Assembly (NCBI GenBank): GCA_045660295.1
Contig: JAZRDN010000035.1
Span: 1,228 to 65,227, forward strand
DNA length: 64,000 bases
Source of the DNA: Eubacteriales bacterium
GTDB taxonomy: Bacteria > Bacillota > Clostridia > Oscillospirales > CAG-272
Direction: 5' to 3'
Part shown: piece by piece, positions 8,977 to 17,523 of the stretch
Layout of the letters: each line of letters begins with the position of its first letter
Position numbering within the stretch: position 1 is the stretch's first letter
Made by a program: the position numbers and the translations under genes
The notes under the pieces: model-generated
Databases searched by the model: none
What the model saw: the letters and a program-made list of their open reading frames with translations, nothing else
Told to the model about the DNA's origin: nothing

Positions 8977-9558
8977 CTATATGAGTTGCGCTATATCAAT
9001 GCTAAAATCATTTTTAAGCATGTCGTGAAGCAGCTTTACGGGCAGACCGACCACGTTGAAGTAGTCGCCCTCAATGCCCTTTATCCACATTGACGCAAGC
9101 CCTTGAATGGCGTATGCGCCCGCCTTGTCGTAAGGCTCGTCGGAATTTACGTATATTTCCTTGTCGGAGTCCGACAGTATATCGAAAATAACGTGCGTGG
9201 TCTCGCTTGAAACCACCGCTTTTTCGCGCGTGATAAGCGCGATTCCGCTTATCACGTCGTGCTTGCTGCCCGAGAGCATGTCAAGCATGCGCTTTGCGTC
9301 GCTCTTGTCGCGGGGCTTTCCGAGGATTTCTCCGCCGCACGCCACTACGGTGTCCGAGGCTATTATAAGCGTGTCGTTGTCCTTAAGAATATCCGCAACC
9401 GCGCGCCCCTTGCGCATCGCCAACTCTTCAACGTAGGCGCGAGGGTCGGTAAGGGCGCAGTTTTCGTCTGTGTCCGCGGTGATTATTTCAAATTTAATAC
9501 CCAAGTCGGCGAGAATCTCACGCCGTCTGGGGGATTTTGATGCCAATATAAAATTCAT
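8977..9558 (-). CDS. maf: Maf-like nucleoside triphosphate pyrophosphatase
   Basis: 193 aa. ILASKSPRRREIL and AGAYAIQG motifs. Confidence 0.9.
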   Translation of the reverse strand: MNFILASKSPRRREILADLGIKFEIITADTDENCALTDPRAYVEELAMRKGRAVADILKDNDTLIIASDTVVACGGEILGKPRDKSDAKRMLDMLSGSKHDVISGIALITREKAVVSSETTHVIFDILSDSDKEIYVNSDEPYDKAGAYAIQGLASMWIKGIEGDYFNVVGLPVKLLHDMLKNDFSIDIAQLI

Positions 9559-9560
9559 TG

Positions 9561-10865
9561 CTAATTTCCTTTGCTCAATTTCTCGAAGGCCTCCCAGAAT
9601 TTCGGGTAGGATTTTGCAACCGCCTGCGCGTCGCTTATTGTTACCTCACCGTCGCAGACCGTAGAGGCGACAGCCGCCGCCATAGCTATTCTGTGGTCGT
9701 TTTCGGCGTGTACGCTTCCGCCCTTCAAATTTGGCTTTCCGTTTATGATAAGTCCGTCAGCGGTCTCTTTTATGTCAGCGCCGAGGGCAGAGAGCATGTT
9801 TGTTACCGATATAAGTCGGTCGCTTTCCTTAATTCTCAGGCGCGACGCACCGTAAATAAGCGTTTCGCCATCACTTACCGATGCCACTACCGCCAATATC
9901 GGCACAAGGTCGGGAATCTGCGTGGCGTCTATTCTGATTCCGCGCAAGGGGCGGTGCATTACTGTTACTTGGTCGCCAGACTCAATAACGTCAGCGCCGA
10001 ATTTTTTCAAAAGCTCAAGAATCCTCATGTCGCCTTGGCGAGAGCCTAAGTTCAGCGAGGTAACCGTAACAGGCTTTTTGCCGATAGCGCCCGCGCATAG
10101 CCAGAAGGCGGCGTTTGACCAATCGCCCTCGACACGCAGGTCAGCGGGCGCGCGGTAATCCATACTCACGGGTATCTTGTATTTAGCGTTTTCGCCGTTG
10201 TCTCGGTTTGGATATCCTTCCTCAAAGTTTACGCCAAACTCGGCAAGCGCGTCAAGCGTCATATCTATGTATGGCGCAGATTCTATGTCTCCCGTCAGCG
10301 TAAGTGAGCTTTCAAGCTCCTCCGCGGGCGCGCCGTTGTATTTGTAGATAAGAGGAAGCGCAAACATAAGTCCGCTTACAAACTGCGATGATATATTTGC
10401 GGCGACAGTGTAGTCGCCGTGGCGGAGAGCACCGCTTGTCAAAAGGGGATTTGTGCCTTGCGGCGACATTGACATTCCGCCCTGCTCAAGCTCCTCGAAC
10501 ATGGGCGAGAGGGGTCTTTGGGGCAGTCTGCCGTGCATAACGAAGGTGGCATCGGCACCGATAGCCGACGCTATTGGAAGCAGGAAACGGAGCGTTGAGC
10601 CCGACTCGCCGCAATCAAGCACAGCGCCGTTGTTTACTCGGCGTATGGGGGTGACGTGATAAAGGTCGCCGTAGCGCACGATATCCGCGCCCAGAGCGTT
10701 CAGACACTCGGCGGTGGCGCATATGTCGGCGTTGGTGTCCTCGCACACTACGTCGCTTTCGCGGTCGGCAAAGGCGGCACAGATAAGAAGTCTGTGCGCC
10801 ATTGATTTAGACGATATTGCTTTTATTTTGCCCCCCAGCGTGGGGGCGTTCAGCTTTATTTCCAT
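9561..10865 (-). CDS. aroA: 3-phosphoshikimate 1-carboxyvinyltransferase (EPSP synthase)
   Basis: KSMAHRLL, RIKESDR and DHRIAMA motifs. I chose ATG 10865, downstream of the aroB stop, over the track start at 10913. Confidence 0.92.
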   Translation of the reverse strand: MEIKLNAPTLGGKIKAISSKSMAHRLLICAAFADRESDVVCEDTNADICATAECLNALGADIVRYGDLYHVTPIRRVNNGAVLDCGESGSTLRFLLPIASAIGADATFVMHGRLPQRPLSPMFEELEQGGMSMSPQGTNPLLTSGALRHGDYTVAANISSQFVSGLMFALPLIYKYNGAPAEELESSLTLTGDIESAPYIDMTLDALAEFGVNFEEGYPNRDNGENAKYKIPVSMDYRAPADLRVEGDWSNAAFWLCAGAIGKKPVTVTSLNLGSRQGDMRILELLKKFGADVIESGDQVTVMHRPLRGIRIDATQIPDLVPILAVVASVSDGETLIYGASRLRIKESDRLISVTNMLSALGADIKETADGLIINGKPNLKGGSVHAENDHRIAMAAAVASTVCDGEVTISDAQAVAKSYPKFWEAFEKLSKGN

Positions 10866-10878
10866 GTTAAAATTCCTT

Positions 10879-11928
10879 TTAAAGTCCCAGCGCGATAAAA
10901 TCGCGGATATCATCGGTGCTCATATCGTGAACGTAGCTATCACCGATAGCGCGGGGAAGAATAAATGAGATAGTTCCGCCCATGCGCTTTTTGTCGCCCG
11001 CGGCAACCGCTGCAAGCTCGTCCGCGGTGAATTTACAGCTTGTGGGAAGCGAATAGTCGGCAAGCATTTTTTCTATTTCCGTGGGAACGGTTGCCTCGCA
11101 AATTCCCGATTTCGCCGACGCGCGTGCTACGATAGCCATGCCGATGGCCACTGCAGAGCCATGGGATATCCCGAACTCGGAGCATATCTCGACCGCGTGT
11201 CCTACCGTATGTCCGAGATTGAGCAGACGGCGCTCGCCGTGGTCTCGCTCGTCGCGGTTTACTATGTCTCGCTTGTTCGAAACGCAGTTAGCGATAATAT
11301 CCTCTATCTGCGGTTTTATGGGCTTTTTCAGCTTCTCAAAGAGAGGCGCGTCGTTGATAACGCCGTACTTGATGACCTCAGCGCAACCGTCGGCAAAGAT
11401 GTCGGCAGGGAGCGTGTCAAGAGTCTCGTAATCGCATATAACAAGGCTTGGCTGGTGGAACGAGCCAACAAGATTTTTGCCCTCGGGAATATTTACAGCG
11501 GTCTTGCCGCCCACAGAGGAGTCAACCGCCGCAAGCAGTGTGGTGGGTATCTGAACGAATTTGATTCCGCGCAGATATACCGCCGCCGCAAAGCCCGTAA
11601 GGTCGCCCACAACTCCGCCGCCCAGGGCGATAAGAAAGTCGGAGCGTGTCATGTGATTATCAGCAAGGAAACCGAGAAGCGCACCGAGGTTTTCCATGCT
11701 CTTGGAAGCCTCGCCGTGGGGAATAACGAATTTTATCGGCTCATAGCCCGCATCCTTGAGCGACCTTTCAAGCGCCGCGCCGTAAAGCGCGTCAACCGTG
11801 TCATCGCTGACGATAGCCACGGCGTGCTTGCCAAGGTTCTCCATGCAGAGCCTTCCCACGTCCGCGAGTAATCCCTTTCCTATTATTATATCGTATTTTA
11901 TTGATGCTTCAACCTTAATCTTTATCAT
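10879..11928 (-). CDS. aroB: 3-dehydroquinate synthase
   Basis: 349 aa. GGGVVGDLTGFAAA and LNLGHTVGHA motifs. Confidence 0.93.
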   Translation of the reverse strand: MIKIKVEASIKYDIIIGKGLLADVGRLCMENLGKHAVAIVSDDTVDALYGAALERSLKDAGYEPIKFVIPHGEASKSMENLGALLGFLADNHMTRSDFLIALGGGVVGDLTGFAAAVYLRGIKFVQIPTTLLAAVDSSVGGKTAVNIPEGKNLVGSFHQPSLVICDYETLDTLPADIFADGCAEVIKYGVINDAPLFEKLKKPIKPQIEDIIANCVSNKRDIVNRDERDHGERRLLNLGHTVGHAVEICSEFGISHGSAVAIGMAIVARASAKSGICEATVPTEIEKMLADYSLPTSCKFTADELAAVAAGDKKRMGGTISFILPRAIGDSYVHDMSTDDIRDFIALGL

Positions 11929-11986
11929 TTGCCGTCTACCTTTTCTTTAAGAATCCTGCCCTCGCGGAGAATGTTGCGCAAGCGCT

Positions 11987-12036
11987 CAAAATTAAACAAA
12001 AATCGGAACCCTCGGTGTTTTTACCGATAGATTCCG
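11987..12036 (-). terminator. Intrinsic terminator inside the aro leader (attenuator, segments 3:4)
   Basis: Minus strand: CGGAAUCUAUCGGU (12036-12023) / ACCGAGGGUUCCG (12016-12004), followed by AUUUUUGUUUAAUUUUG. Confidence 0.75.
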
Positions 12037-12115
12037 CAAATTAAACTTATAAAAATCCATCAAAAAGCACCTTTATTATCAGTTGTTATAGTAATAAAGG
12101 TAAAAATAAGATTTT
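12026..12115 (-). promoter_or_regulatory. Alternative-pairing segments of the aro leader (1:2 hairpin and candidate 2:3 antiterminator)
   Basis: ACCUUUAUUA (12101-12092) pairs with UAAUAAAGGU (12078-12069). AAAAUCU (12115-12109) pairs with GGAUUUU (12058-12052). GAUGGAUU (12061-12054) can instead pair with AAUCUAUC (12033-12026). Confidence 0.5.
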
Positions 12116-12135
12116 GCGAAAATCGAAGACTTCAT
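12079..12135 (-). CDS. Candidate Tyr/Phe-rich leader peptide of the aro operon (MKSSIFAKSYFYLYYYNN)
   Basis: GAGG (12145-12142) lies 6 nt before the ATG. 18 codons, 5 Tyr plus 2 Phe, then three consecutive stops TGA TAA TAA. Sits between the promoter and the terminator. Confidence 0.6.
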   Translation of the reverse strand: MKSSIFAKSYFYLYYYNN

Positions 12136-12166
12136 AACAAACCTCATTAAAACTTTTGATACAGTT

Positions 12167-12195
12167 AGTTTATCACCTTTTTTGTTGATTGTCAA
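12167..12195 (-). promoter_or_regulatory. Sigma-A promoter of the aro leader/operon (extended -10)
   Basis: Minus strand: TTGACA (12195-12190), 17-nt spacer, TGaTAAACT (-10 at 12172-12167). Confidence 0.6.
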
Positions 12196-12298
12196 TAGAA
12201 TTTTTCATTTTTGGCAATCTGTCAAAAACAGCCATTTTAAGAACGGATTTTTTGGTTTGTTTGCACAAATAAACAAGTCGGCATTTTGGCAAAATGAC

Positions 12299-12327
12299 TT
12301 GACAAAAGCGCTCGTATATGTTATAAT
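12299..12327 (+). promoter_or_regulatory. Sigma-A promoter (extended -10) for the CorC-family gene
   Basis: TTGACA (12299-12304), 17-nt spacer, TGtTATAAT (-10 at 12322-12327). Confidence 0.65.
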
Positions 12328-12364
12328 AGTCAAAATATTATTTTTTGGAGGTAGATTATCTATT

Positions 12365-13678
12365 ATGGAACCTGACAGTATAGCGAAGATAGTATTTATT
12401 GCGATACTTGTAGTATTCAGTGCATACTTCTCGGCTACCGAAACAGCGTTCTCCACACTCAACCGCATCAGGTTGAAAAACGCAGCCGACAACGGCGACA
12501 AAAAGGCGGGCAAGGTCTTAAAGCTTGCCGAGAACTACGATAAGCTCATTACGACGGTGCTTGTCGGTAACAACATCGTAAACATTCTTGCTTCTTCTAT
12601 CGCAACCGTGCTTTTTATAAGCATATTGGAGTACAACAATCTCGGTTCTACGGTGTCAACAGTCGTTATGACAGTAGTGGTTCTTATTTTCGGCGAGGTT
12701 TGTCCCAAGAGCCTTGCTAAGGAATCACCCGAAAAATTCGCGAAATTTTCCTATCCCTTTATTTCTTTCCTTTGCGTGGTATTCGCTCCCGTATCGGCTA
12801 TTCTTATAGGAATACGTAAGTTGGCATCTATGCTCATTAAAACCAAGGACGAAAACGTTATCACAGAAGAAGAGATACTCACATTCGTTGAGGAAGCAGA
12901 GCTTGAGGGCGGTATCGACGAGCAGGAAAGCGAGCTTATCCGAAGCGCGGTAGAATTCAATGACCTCGAAGCGCAGGAAATACTCACTCACCGAGTTGAT
13001 ATTGTCGCAATAGCCGACGACGATGAGCTTGAAAAGATAGACACGCTTTTCCGCGAAACAGGCTTTTCCAGACTTCCCGTGTATAACGATACCATAGATA
13101 ATATTACGGGTGTAATTCACCATAAGGACTTTTATAACAACGTAAAGACAGGTGAACGCACACTTGACGAGATAGTTAAAAAGGTTGTCTCGGTACATAA
13201 ATCTATCAAGATAGGAGACCTTCTCAGACTTCTCCAAAAAGACAAGAGCCATATTGCGGTGGTCGCTGACGACTACGGTGGAACGCTGGGTATTGTCACA
13301 ATGGAGGACATTATCGAGGAGCTTGTCGGTGAGATATGGGACGAACACGATGAGGTGGTCGAGGAGATAGTACAGCTTGAGGAAAACAAGTACAAAATAC
13401 TCTGCACCGCGCCCATAGATAAGGTTTTTGAGTTGTTTGATATTGATGAAGAAATTGACGAAGCGTCGGTCGGCGGCTGGGTCATGAGCGAGATGAACAG
13501 GATTCCCGAGGAGGGCGAGACGTTCAGCTACAAGAACATCGACGTTGTCGTAACCAAGACCGAATCCAGACGAGTTGTTGAAATAGAAGCAACTGTCAAT
13601 CCCATAGACGACGAGGACACTAAGGAACCGTCGAAGGAAATTGACGAATCCAAGGCAGAAAGCGAAGTCAACAGTTAA
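12365..13678 (+). CDS. HlyC/CorC (CNNM) family transporter: DUF21 membrane domain, CBS pair, CorC_HlyC domain
   Basis: Start chosen at ATG 12365 (GGAGG at 12347-12351). The track ORF start at 12182 would run through the promoter. C-terminal acidic tail. Confidence 0.88.
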   Translation: MEPDSIAKIVFIAILVVFSAYFSATETAFSTLNRIRLKNAADNGDKKAGKVLKLAENYDKLITTVLVGNNIVNILASSIATVLFISILEYNNLGSTVSTVVMTVVVLIFGEVCPKSLAKESPEKFAKFSYPFISFLCVVFAPVSAILIGIRKLASMLIKTKDENVITEEEILTFVEEAELEGGIDEQESELIRSAVEFNDLEAQEILTHRVDIVAIADDDELEKIDTLFRETGFSRLPVYNDTIDNITGVIHHKDFYNNVKTGERTLDEIVKKVVSVHKSIKIGDLLRLLQKDKSHIAVVADDYGGTLGIVTMEDIIEELVGEIWDEHDEVVEEIVQLEENKYKILCTAPIDKVFELFDIDEEIDEASVGGWVMSEMNRIPEEGETFSYKNIDVVVTKTESRRVVEIEATVNPIDDEDTKEPSKEIDESKAESEVNS

Positions 13679-13685
13679 AATATTG

Positions 13686-13716
13686 AGGCGTGAGCAATGC
13701 TCACGCCTTTGTTTTG
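13686..13716 (+). terminator. Rho-independent terminator
   Basis: Stem aggcgtgagc / gctcacgcct followed by tttgtttt. Confidence 0.75.
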
Positions 13717-13721
13717 CGCGC

Positions 13722-13752
13722 AAAAAAGGAGCTGAATTTCAGCTCCTTTTTT
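13722..13752. terminator. Bidirectional terminator (serves ftsH)
   Basis: aaaaaa-ggagctgaa-t-ttcagctcc-tttttt. Confidence 0.8.
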
Positions 13753-13754
13753 AT

Positions 13755-15902
13755 TTAGTTGTCTTTTTTATCGTCGCTATCGGAAGAATCTGTATTTTCA
13801 TCAGAGCTTTCGGGTTGCTCTTTTGCCTGTTCTCTTTCGACCTTTTGAACTCTGCCATATTCGTCGATAACGATGTCAAATTCTCTGTCGTCCGTGCGTT
13901 CGTGAGACTCAGCTTCAGCTGCCGCTTTTTCGGCTTCTTCCTTCTTCTGCGCCTCAAGCTCCTGGGCGCGCTTGGCGTTTTCCTCCCTACTCTTGCGCTT
14001 CTTTTCGGCTCTCATTTCGTCAAGCTCTTCAATTGTGGGATTGCCCTCCATTGCCGCCTTGAACTGATCGCTGTCCATTATCTCGTACTTCACAAGGAAG
14101 TCGGCGATAAGGTGAAGCTTTTCGATGTTTTCTTCGAGAGTCTTTATGGCAAGGGCGTATCCGTCGTTTACAAACTTCTGTATCTCGGAGTCTATTATTG
14201 CCGCCGTAGCCTCGGAATAGCTCTTGTCAGCCGAGAAGTCTCTGCCAAGGAACACCTCGCCCTGCTCGGACGCATAGTTCACAGGGCCAAGCAGGTCTGA
14301 CATGCCAAGCTGTGTTACCATCTTCTTTGCGGTTGCCGTAGCGCGCTGAATGTCGTTGGAAGCGCCGCCCGAAATGTCGTCAAAAATAATCTTTTCCGCC
14401 GCGCGTCCGCCAAGAAGCATCGCAATCTTTTCACAAAGCTCCTGCTTGTAAACACTGTATCTGTCCTCGGCGGGGGGATTGAGCGTGTAGCCAAGCGCCT
14501 TTCCGCTGGGGATAATGGATATCTGCTGAACGGGGTCCTGTGTGGGCATGCAGTAAGCGAGAATCGCATGTCCCGCCTCGTGGTATGCTGTCTTTTTGCG
14601 CTCGGAATCCTTTATCTTCATCGATTTTTTCTTGGGTCCCGCGATGACCTTGATAAACGCTTCACTGATATCGTCAGCGCCGATAAGAGTCTTGTTGCGT
14701 CTTGCGGCAAGAAGGGCAGCCTCATTAAGCAGGTTTGCAAGATCAGCACCCGTAAAGCCTGCCGTGGTTTTTGCTATTTCCTTAAAGTCAACGCCCGCCT
14801 CAAACTGCTTGTTTCGGCTGTGGACCTTGAGAATTTCCTCACGTCCCTTGATATCGGGATAGTTTACCGTTACCTGTCTGTCAAAACGACCGGGGCGCAA
14901 AAGCGCGGGGTCGAGAATATCGGGGCGGTTTGTCGCCGCGATAACTATAATGCCCTCGTGAGAGCCAAATCCGTCCATCTCCACAAGGAGCTGGTTGAGT
15001 GTCTGCTCACGCTCGTCGTGACCGCCGCCGAGACCCGCGCCTCTGTGACGTCCAACCGCGTCAATCTCGTCTATAAAGATGATAGAAGCGGGGGCTTTGC
15101 GCGCGTTGTCGAACAAATCGCGCACACGCGAAGCGCCGACACCCACATACATCTCAACAAAATCTGAGCCCGAGATAGAGAAGAAGGGAACACCCGCTTC
15201 TCCCGCAACAGCCTTTGCGAGCAAGGTCTTACCCGTACCGGGAGGGCCTACGAGAAGCACGCCGTGGGGAATTTTCGCGCCAAGCGCGGTGAATTTTTCA
15301 GGCGCCTTGAGGAAATCAACTATTTCCTGAAGCTCTGCCTTTTCCTCGTCAGCTCCCGCTACGTCGGAGAAAAGAACTTTGTTTTTATCGTTTGTGGGCA
15401 TCTTCACGCGAGCCTTGCCGAAGGAATTGAGCTTGCCGCCCGCGCCCTTGCCTGCCTGATTCATCATAACTACCCAAAGCACGATGAATACTATTATAAT
15501 AAGAACGTAGGGGAGAATGCTTGCCCACCAAGGAAGCACAGGCTCGGGCAGGTAGTCGTATTTCTCCAGATTCGTATTGTTCTTTATATATTCCTCAACA
15601 AGAGACTGGAAAAGAGAGAGATTGCTGAGCTGATATTCGACCTTGACCAGCTTTGCGCTGTCGTATGTGAGGAGCTTTCCGTCCTCTCCGTAGGTCGCGC
15701 CCTCTCCCGCTACCTCCATTGTAAGGTAATGGTTTTCGTCAACCTCGAAATTGATTACCGCGTCCTTTTCAAAATAGCCGATAACGTCGCTGAGAATGGG
15801 ATCCTCGGTAGTTTTGTTGTTTCCCATCAGCGCGGCTACCGAAAGTATTATCACGGCAAACAGTATGATGTAAAAAATTATGACCTTGAAGTTATTCTTC
15901 AT
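13755..15902 (-). CDS. ftsH: ATP-dependent zinc metalloprotease FtsH
   Basis: Walker A GPPGTGKT and zinc site HEAGHA. N-terminal TM pair. About 100-aa charged C-terminal extension. Confidence 0.97.
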   Translation of the reverse strand: MKNNFKVIIFYIILFAVIILSVAALMGNNKTTEDPILSDVIGYFEKDAVINFEVDENHYLTMEVAGEGATYGEDGKLLTYDSAKLVKVEYQLSNLSLFQSLVEEYIKNNTNLEKYDYLPEPVLPWWASILPYVLIIIVFIVLWVVMMNQAGKGAGGKLNSFGKARVKMPTNDKNKVLFSDVAGADEEKAELQEIVDFLKAPEKFTALGAKIPHGVLLVGPPGTGKTLLAKAVAGEAGVPFFSISGSDFVEMYVGVGASRVRDLFDNARKAPASIIFIDEIDAVGRHRGAGLGGGHDEREQTLNQLLVEMDGFGSHEGIIVIAATNRPDILDPALLRPGRFDRQVTVNYPDIKGREEILKVHSRNKQFEAGVDFKEIAKTTAGFTGADLANLLNEAALLAARRNKTLIGADDISEAFIKVIAGPKKKSMKIKDSERKKTAYHEAGHAILAYCMPTQDPVQQISIIPSGKALGYTLNPPAEDRYSVYKQELCEKIAMLLGGRAAEKIIFDDISGGASNDIQRATATAKKMVTQLGMSDLLGPVNYASEQGEVFLGRDFSADKSYSEATAAIIDSEIQKFVNDGYALAIKTLEENIEKLHLIADFLVKYEIMDSDQFKAAMEGNPTIEELDEMRAEKKRKSREENAKRAQELEAQKKEEAEKAAAEAESHERTDDREFDIVIDEYGRVQKVEREQAKEQPESSDENTDSSDSDDKKDN

Positions 15903-15930
15903 TATAGCCTCCTTTGGCGGTTTTATATAT

Positions 15931-16094
15931 TAGGTCACCTCTAAAAACTCACGCGAGGCGAGCGGCGAGGGGATTTTTTGTCAGTCTAAACAAAAATTCG
16001 CGCGTATAGTTGACCCTATGCGAAGAATTTTTGTGACGAATGACGTAAAAAGCACCGCCGATTCGTCCGTCGTTGAGCTTTTAGATGTGACCTA
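15931..16094. repeat. Long imperfect inverted repeat / rod-like hairpin in the tilS-ftsH spacer
   Basis: Outer arms 15931-15953 / 16071-16094. Inner helices 15975-15983/16041-16051, 15991-15999/16025-16033 and 16003-16009/16016-16022. Loop ttgacc. Confidence 0.65.
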
Positions 16095-16140
16095 TAGCTC
16101 ACATTAGCATATGTGAAAACTAAGGATTTTATCCTGATTT

Positions 16141-17523
16141 TTAATTGTAAAAGAAGGTGACCTCCACAAGGTTGTCTTTTTTGTTTTCTCCGTCGCGGAG
16201 CGCGATGTTCGGTATCCAGACTATGCCGTCTTGGTCACAAAACACGGGGAGCGACGCTCTTTCTTCCAGTGTCAGCTTCTTTTCGCAATAAAGCTTTTTC
16301 AGCTTTTTGTGCACGCCGCCGTGAAGAATTTTGTCTCCGTCTTTTTTGGGGCGCGCGTACAAGCCTTCAACTATTGTATCAGAAGATATGAAAGCTATTG
16401 TTGATTTTTTGTAAATATTTTTCAGTTTATCGTGTATTTTATCTGAATTTTCGGTGTTCCTTATGAAAACAGCCGCGTCTATGTGGGGAATAAGGTTTTC
16501 GCCAAATCCGAGCCGCAGACTGTAGGCTATGCCGTCAGACTTTTCTTCCTGTGTGAGCACGACGTGACCGCTTTCAATTACCGCTCTCGTTTTATTGGGG
16601 AGAGACACCTCTGAATGGGGAACACGATTTTTTGCCAGCGAAAGAACGTCGGATATGTGCACCGTGCTCACTTCAAAAAACTCGTTAAGGATCAGCGACA
16701 CCGTACGCGCGGCAACCGCTCTGTCAAGAAGCGCGAAGCCGTCAAGTGGCAGAGAATACCTGTCGTCAACCGAGTCAAGGTACTCACGGGCACAGCTTTC
16801 GATAAATCTGTCATCGCCTTTGATAAGCTCGCTCATTCTGCCGATGTTTGAGATGGCGTTTTCGTTTATCTTCAAAAGCTCGGACAGAATATTGTTCCTT
16901 ATTCTGTTGCGCGAATAGGCAACGTCGGTGTTGGTTCCGTCGGTGACGTATTCAATGCCGTTTTCCTTGCAGTAAGCGAGAATTTCGTCCTTGCTTGCCT
17001 TCAGCAGAGGTCTTATTATCCTGCCGCCCGAGAAATCACGAACGGCGGGGATTCCGCAGAGTCCGTGCAGACCGCAGCCGCGCGAGAGATTGAATATCAC
17101 CGTCTCGGCGTTGTCGGTGGCGTTGTGCGCCGTGGCAAGCAGAGGGATAGAGTTCTCGCGCATTATCTTTTCAAAAAAGCCGTATCTTACCTCGCGCGCT
17201 TCTTCCTCAAGCCCGCGTTTGTGCTCCTTGGCAAGCGCGGGAACGTCTGCCTCAAGCAGATAAAAGGGAAGCGAGTAGCGCTCCGCCAGACCGCGGCAAA
17301 AATCGCGGTCGCGCTCGGCGTCCAAGCCGCGTATCATGTGGTTTACGTGAGCCACCGAGAGCCGCGCGCCGTTCTTTTGGCAGTATTCATTGAGTGCCGC
17401 AAGCAACGCGGAGGAGTCCGCGCCACCGGAAAGCGCAAGCAGAATAGGGGTGTCGGGCGGCATTTCCGAAAGAATATGCGGAGCGGTGAATTTTAGCTCT
17501 AATGACATTTTACTGTTCTTCAA
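16141..17523 (-). CDS. tilS: tRNA(Ile)-lysidine synthase
   Basis: PP-loop LALSGGADSSAL, 460 aa. An alternative ATG at 17508 would remove the 14-nt overlap with dnaB. Confidence 0.92.
   Translation of the reverse strand: MKNSKMSLELKFTAPHILSEMPPDTPILLALSGGADSSALLAALNEYCQKNGARLSVAHVNHMIRGLDAERDRDFCRGLAERYSLPFYLLEADVPALAKEHKRGLEEEAREVRYGFFEKIMRENSIPLLATAHNATDNAETVIFNLSRGCGLHGLCGIPAVRDFSGGRIIRPLLKASKDEILAYCKENGIEYVTDGTNTDVAYSRNRIRNNILSELLKINENAISNIGRMSELIKGDDRFIESCAREYLDSVDDRYSLPLDGFALLDRAVAARTVSLILNEFFEVSTVHISDVLSLAKNRVPHSEVSLPNKTRAVIESGHVVLTQEEKSDGIAYSLRLGFGENLIPHIDAAVFIRNTENSDKIHDKLKNIYKKSTIAFISSDTIVEGLYARPKKDGDKILHGGVHKKLKKLYCEKKLTLEERASLPVFCDQDGIVWIPNIALRDGENKKDNLVEVTFFYN

Noticed and set aside
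11929-12165. Possibility that the aro leader is a T-box riboswitch, given its ~230-nt length upstream of an amino-acid operon in a Firmicute.
   Set aside because: Reading the minus strand, I found no T-box consensus (AAxxGGGTGGTACCGCG-like), no AGAGA/GNUGA stem I motifs and no specifier-loop layout. The translated Tyr/Phe mini-ORF with alternative hairpins fits the sequence better.
12182-12364. The 61-codon N-terminal extension of the CorC-family ORF, as called in the ORF track.
   Set aside because: The extension runs through the gene's own TTGACA-17-TATAAT promoter (12299-12327) and the divergent aro promoter. A GGAGG SD precedes the internal ATG at 12365, where the conserved DUF21 sequence begins.
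12725-13723. Other long antisense ORFs of 300-400 aa: 12725-13723, 20301-21215, 23056-23979, 41192-42085, 43101-44129, 46667-47866 and 55056-56279.
   Set aside because: For 46667-47866 the codon-aligned mirror-frame explanation was confirmed directly. For the others I infer the same effect, or an otherwise stop-poor antisense frame, from the shared genome-wide codon bias rather than from a frame check. They disappear exactly in the AT-rich lipoprotein gene, which uses TTA/TCA/CTA. There is no independent coding evidence.
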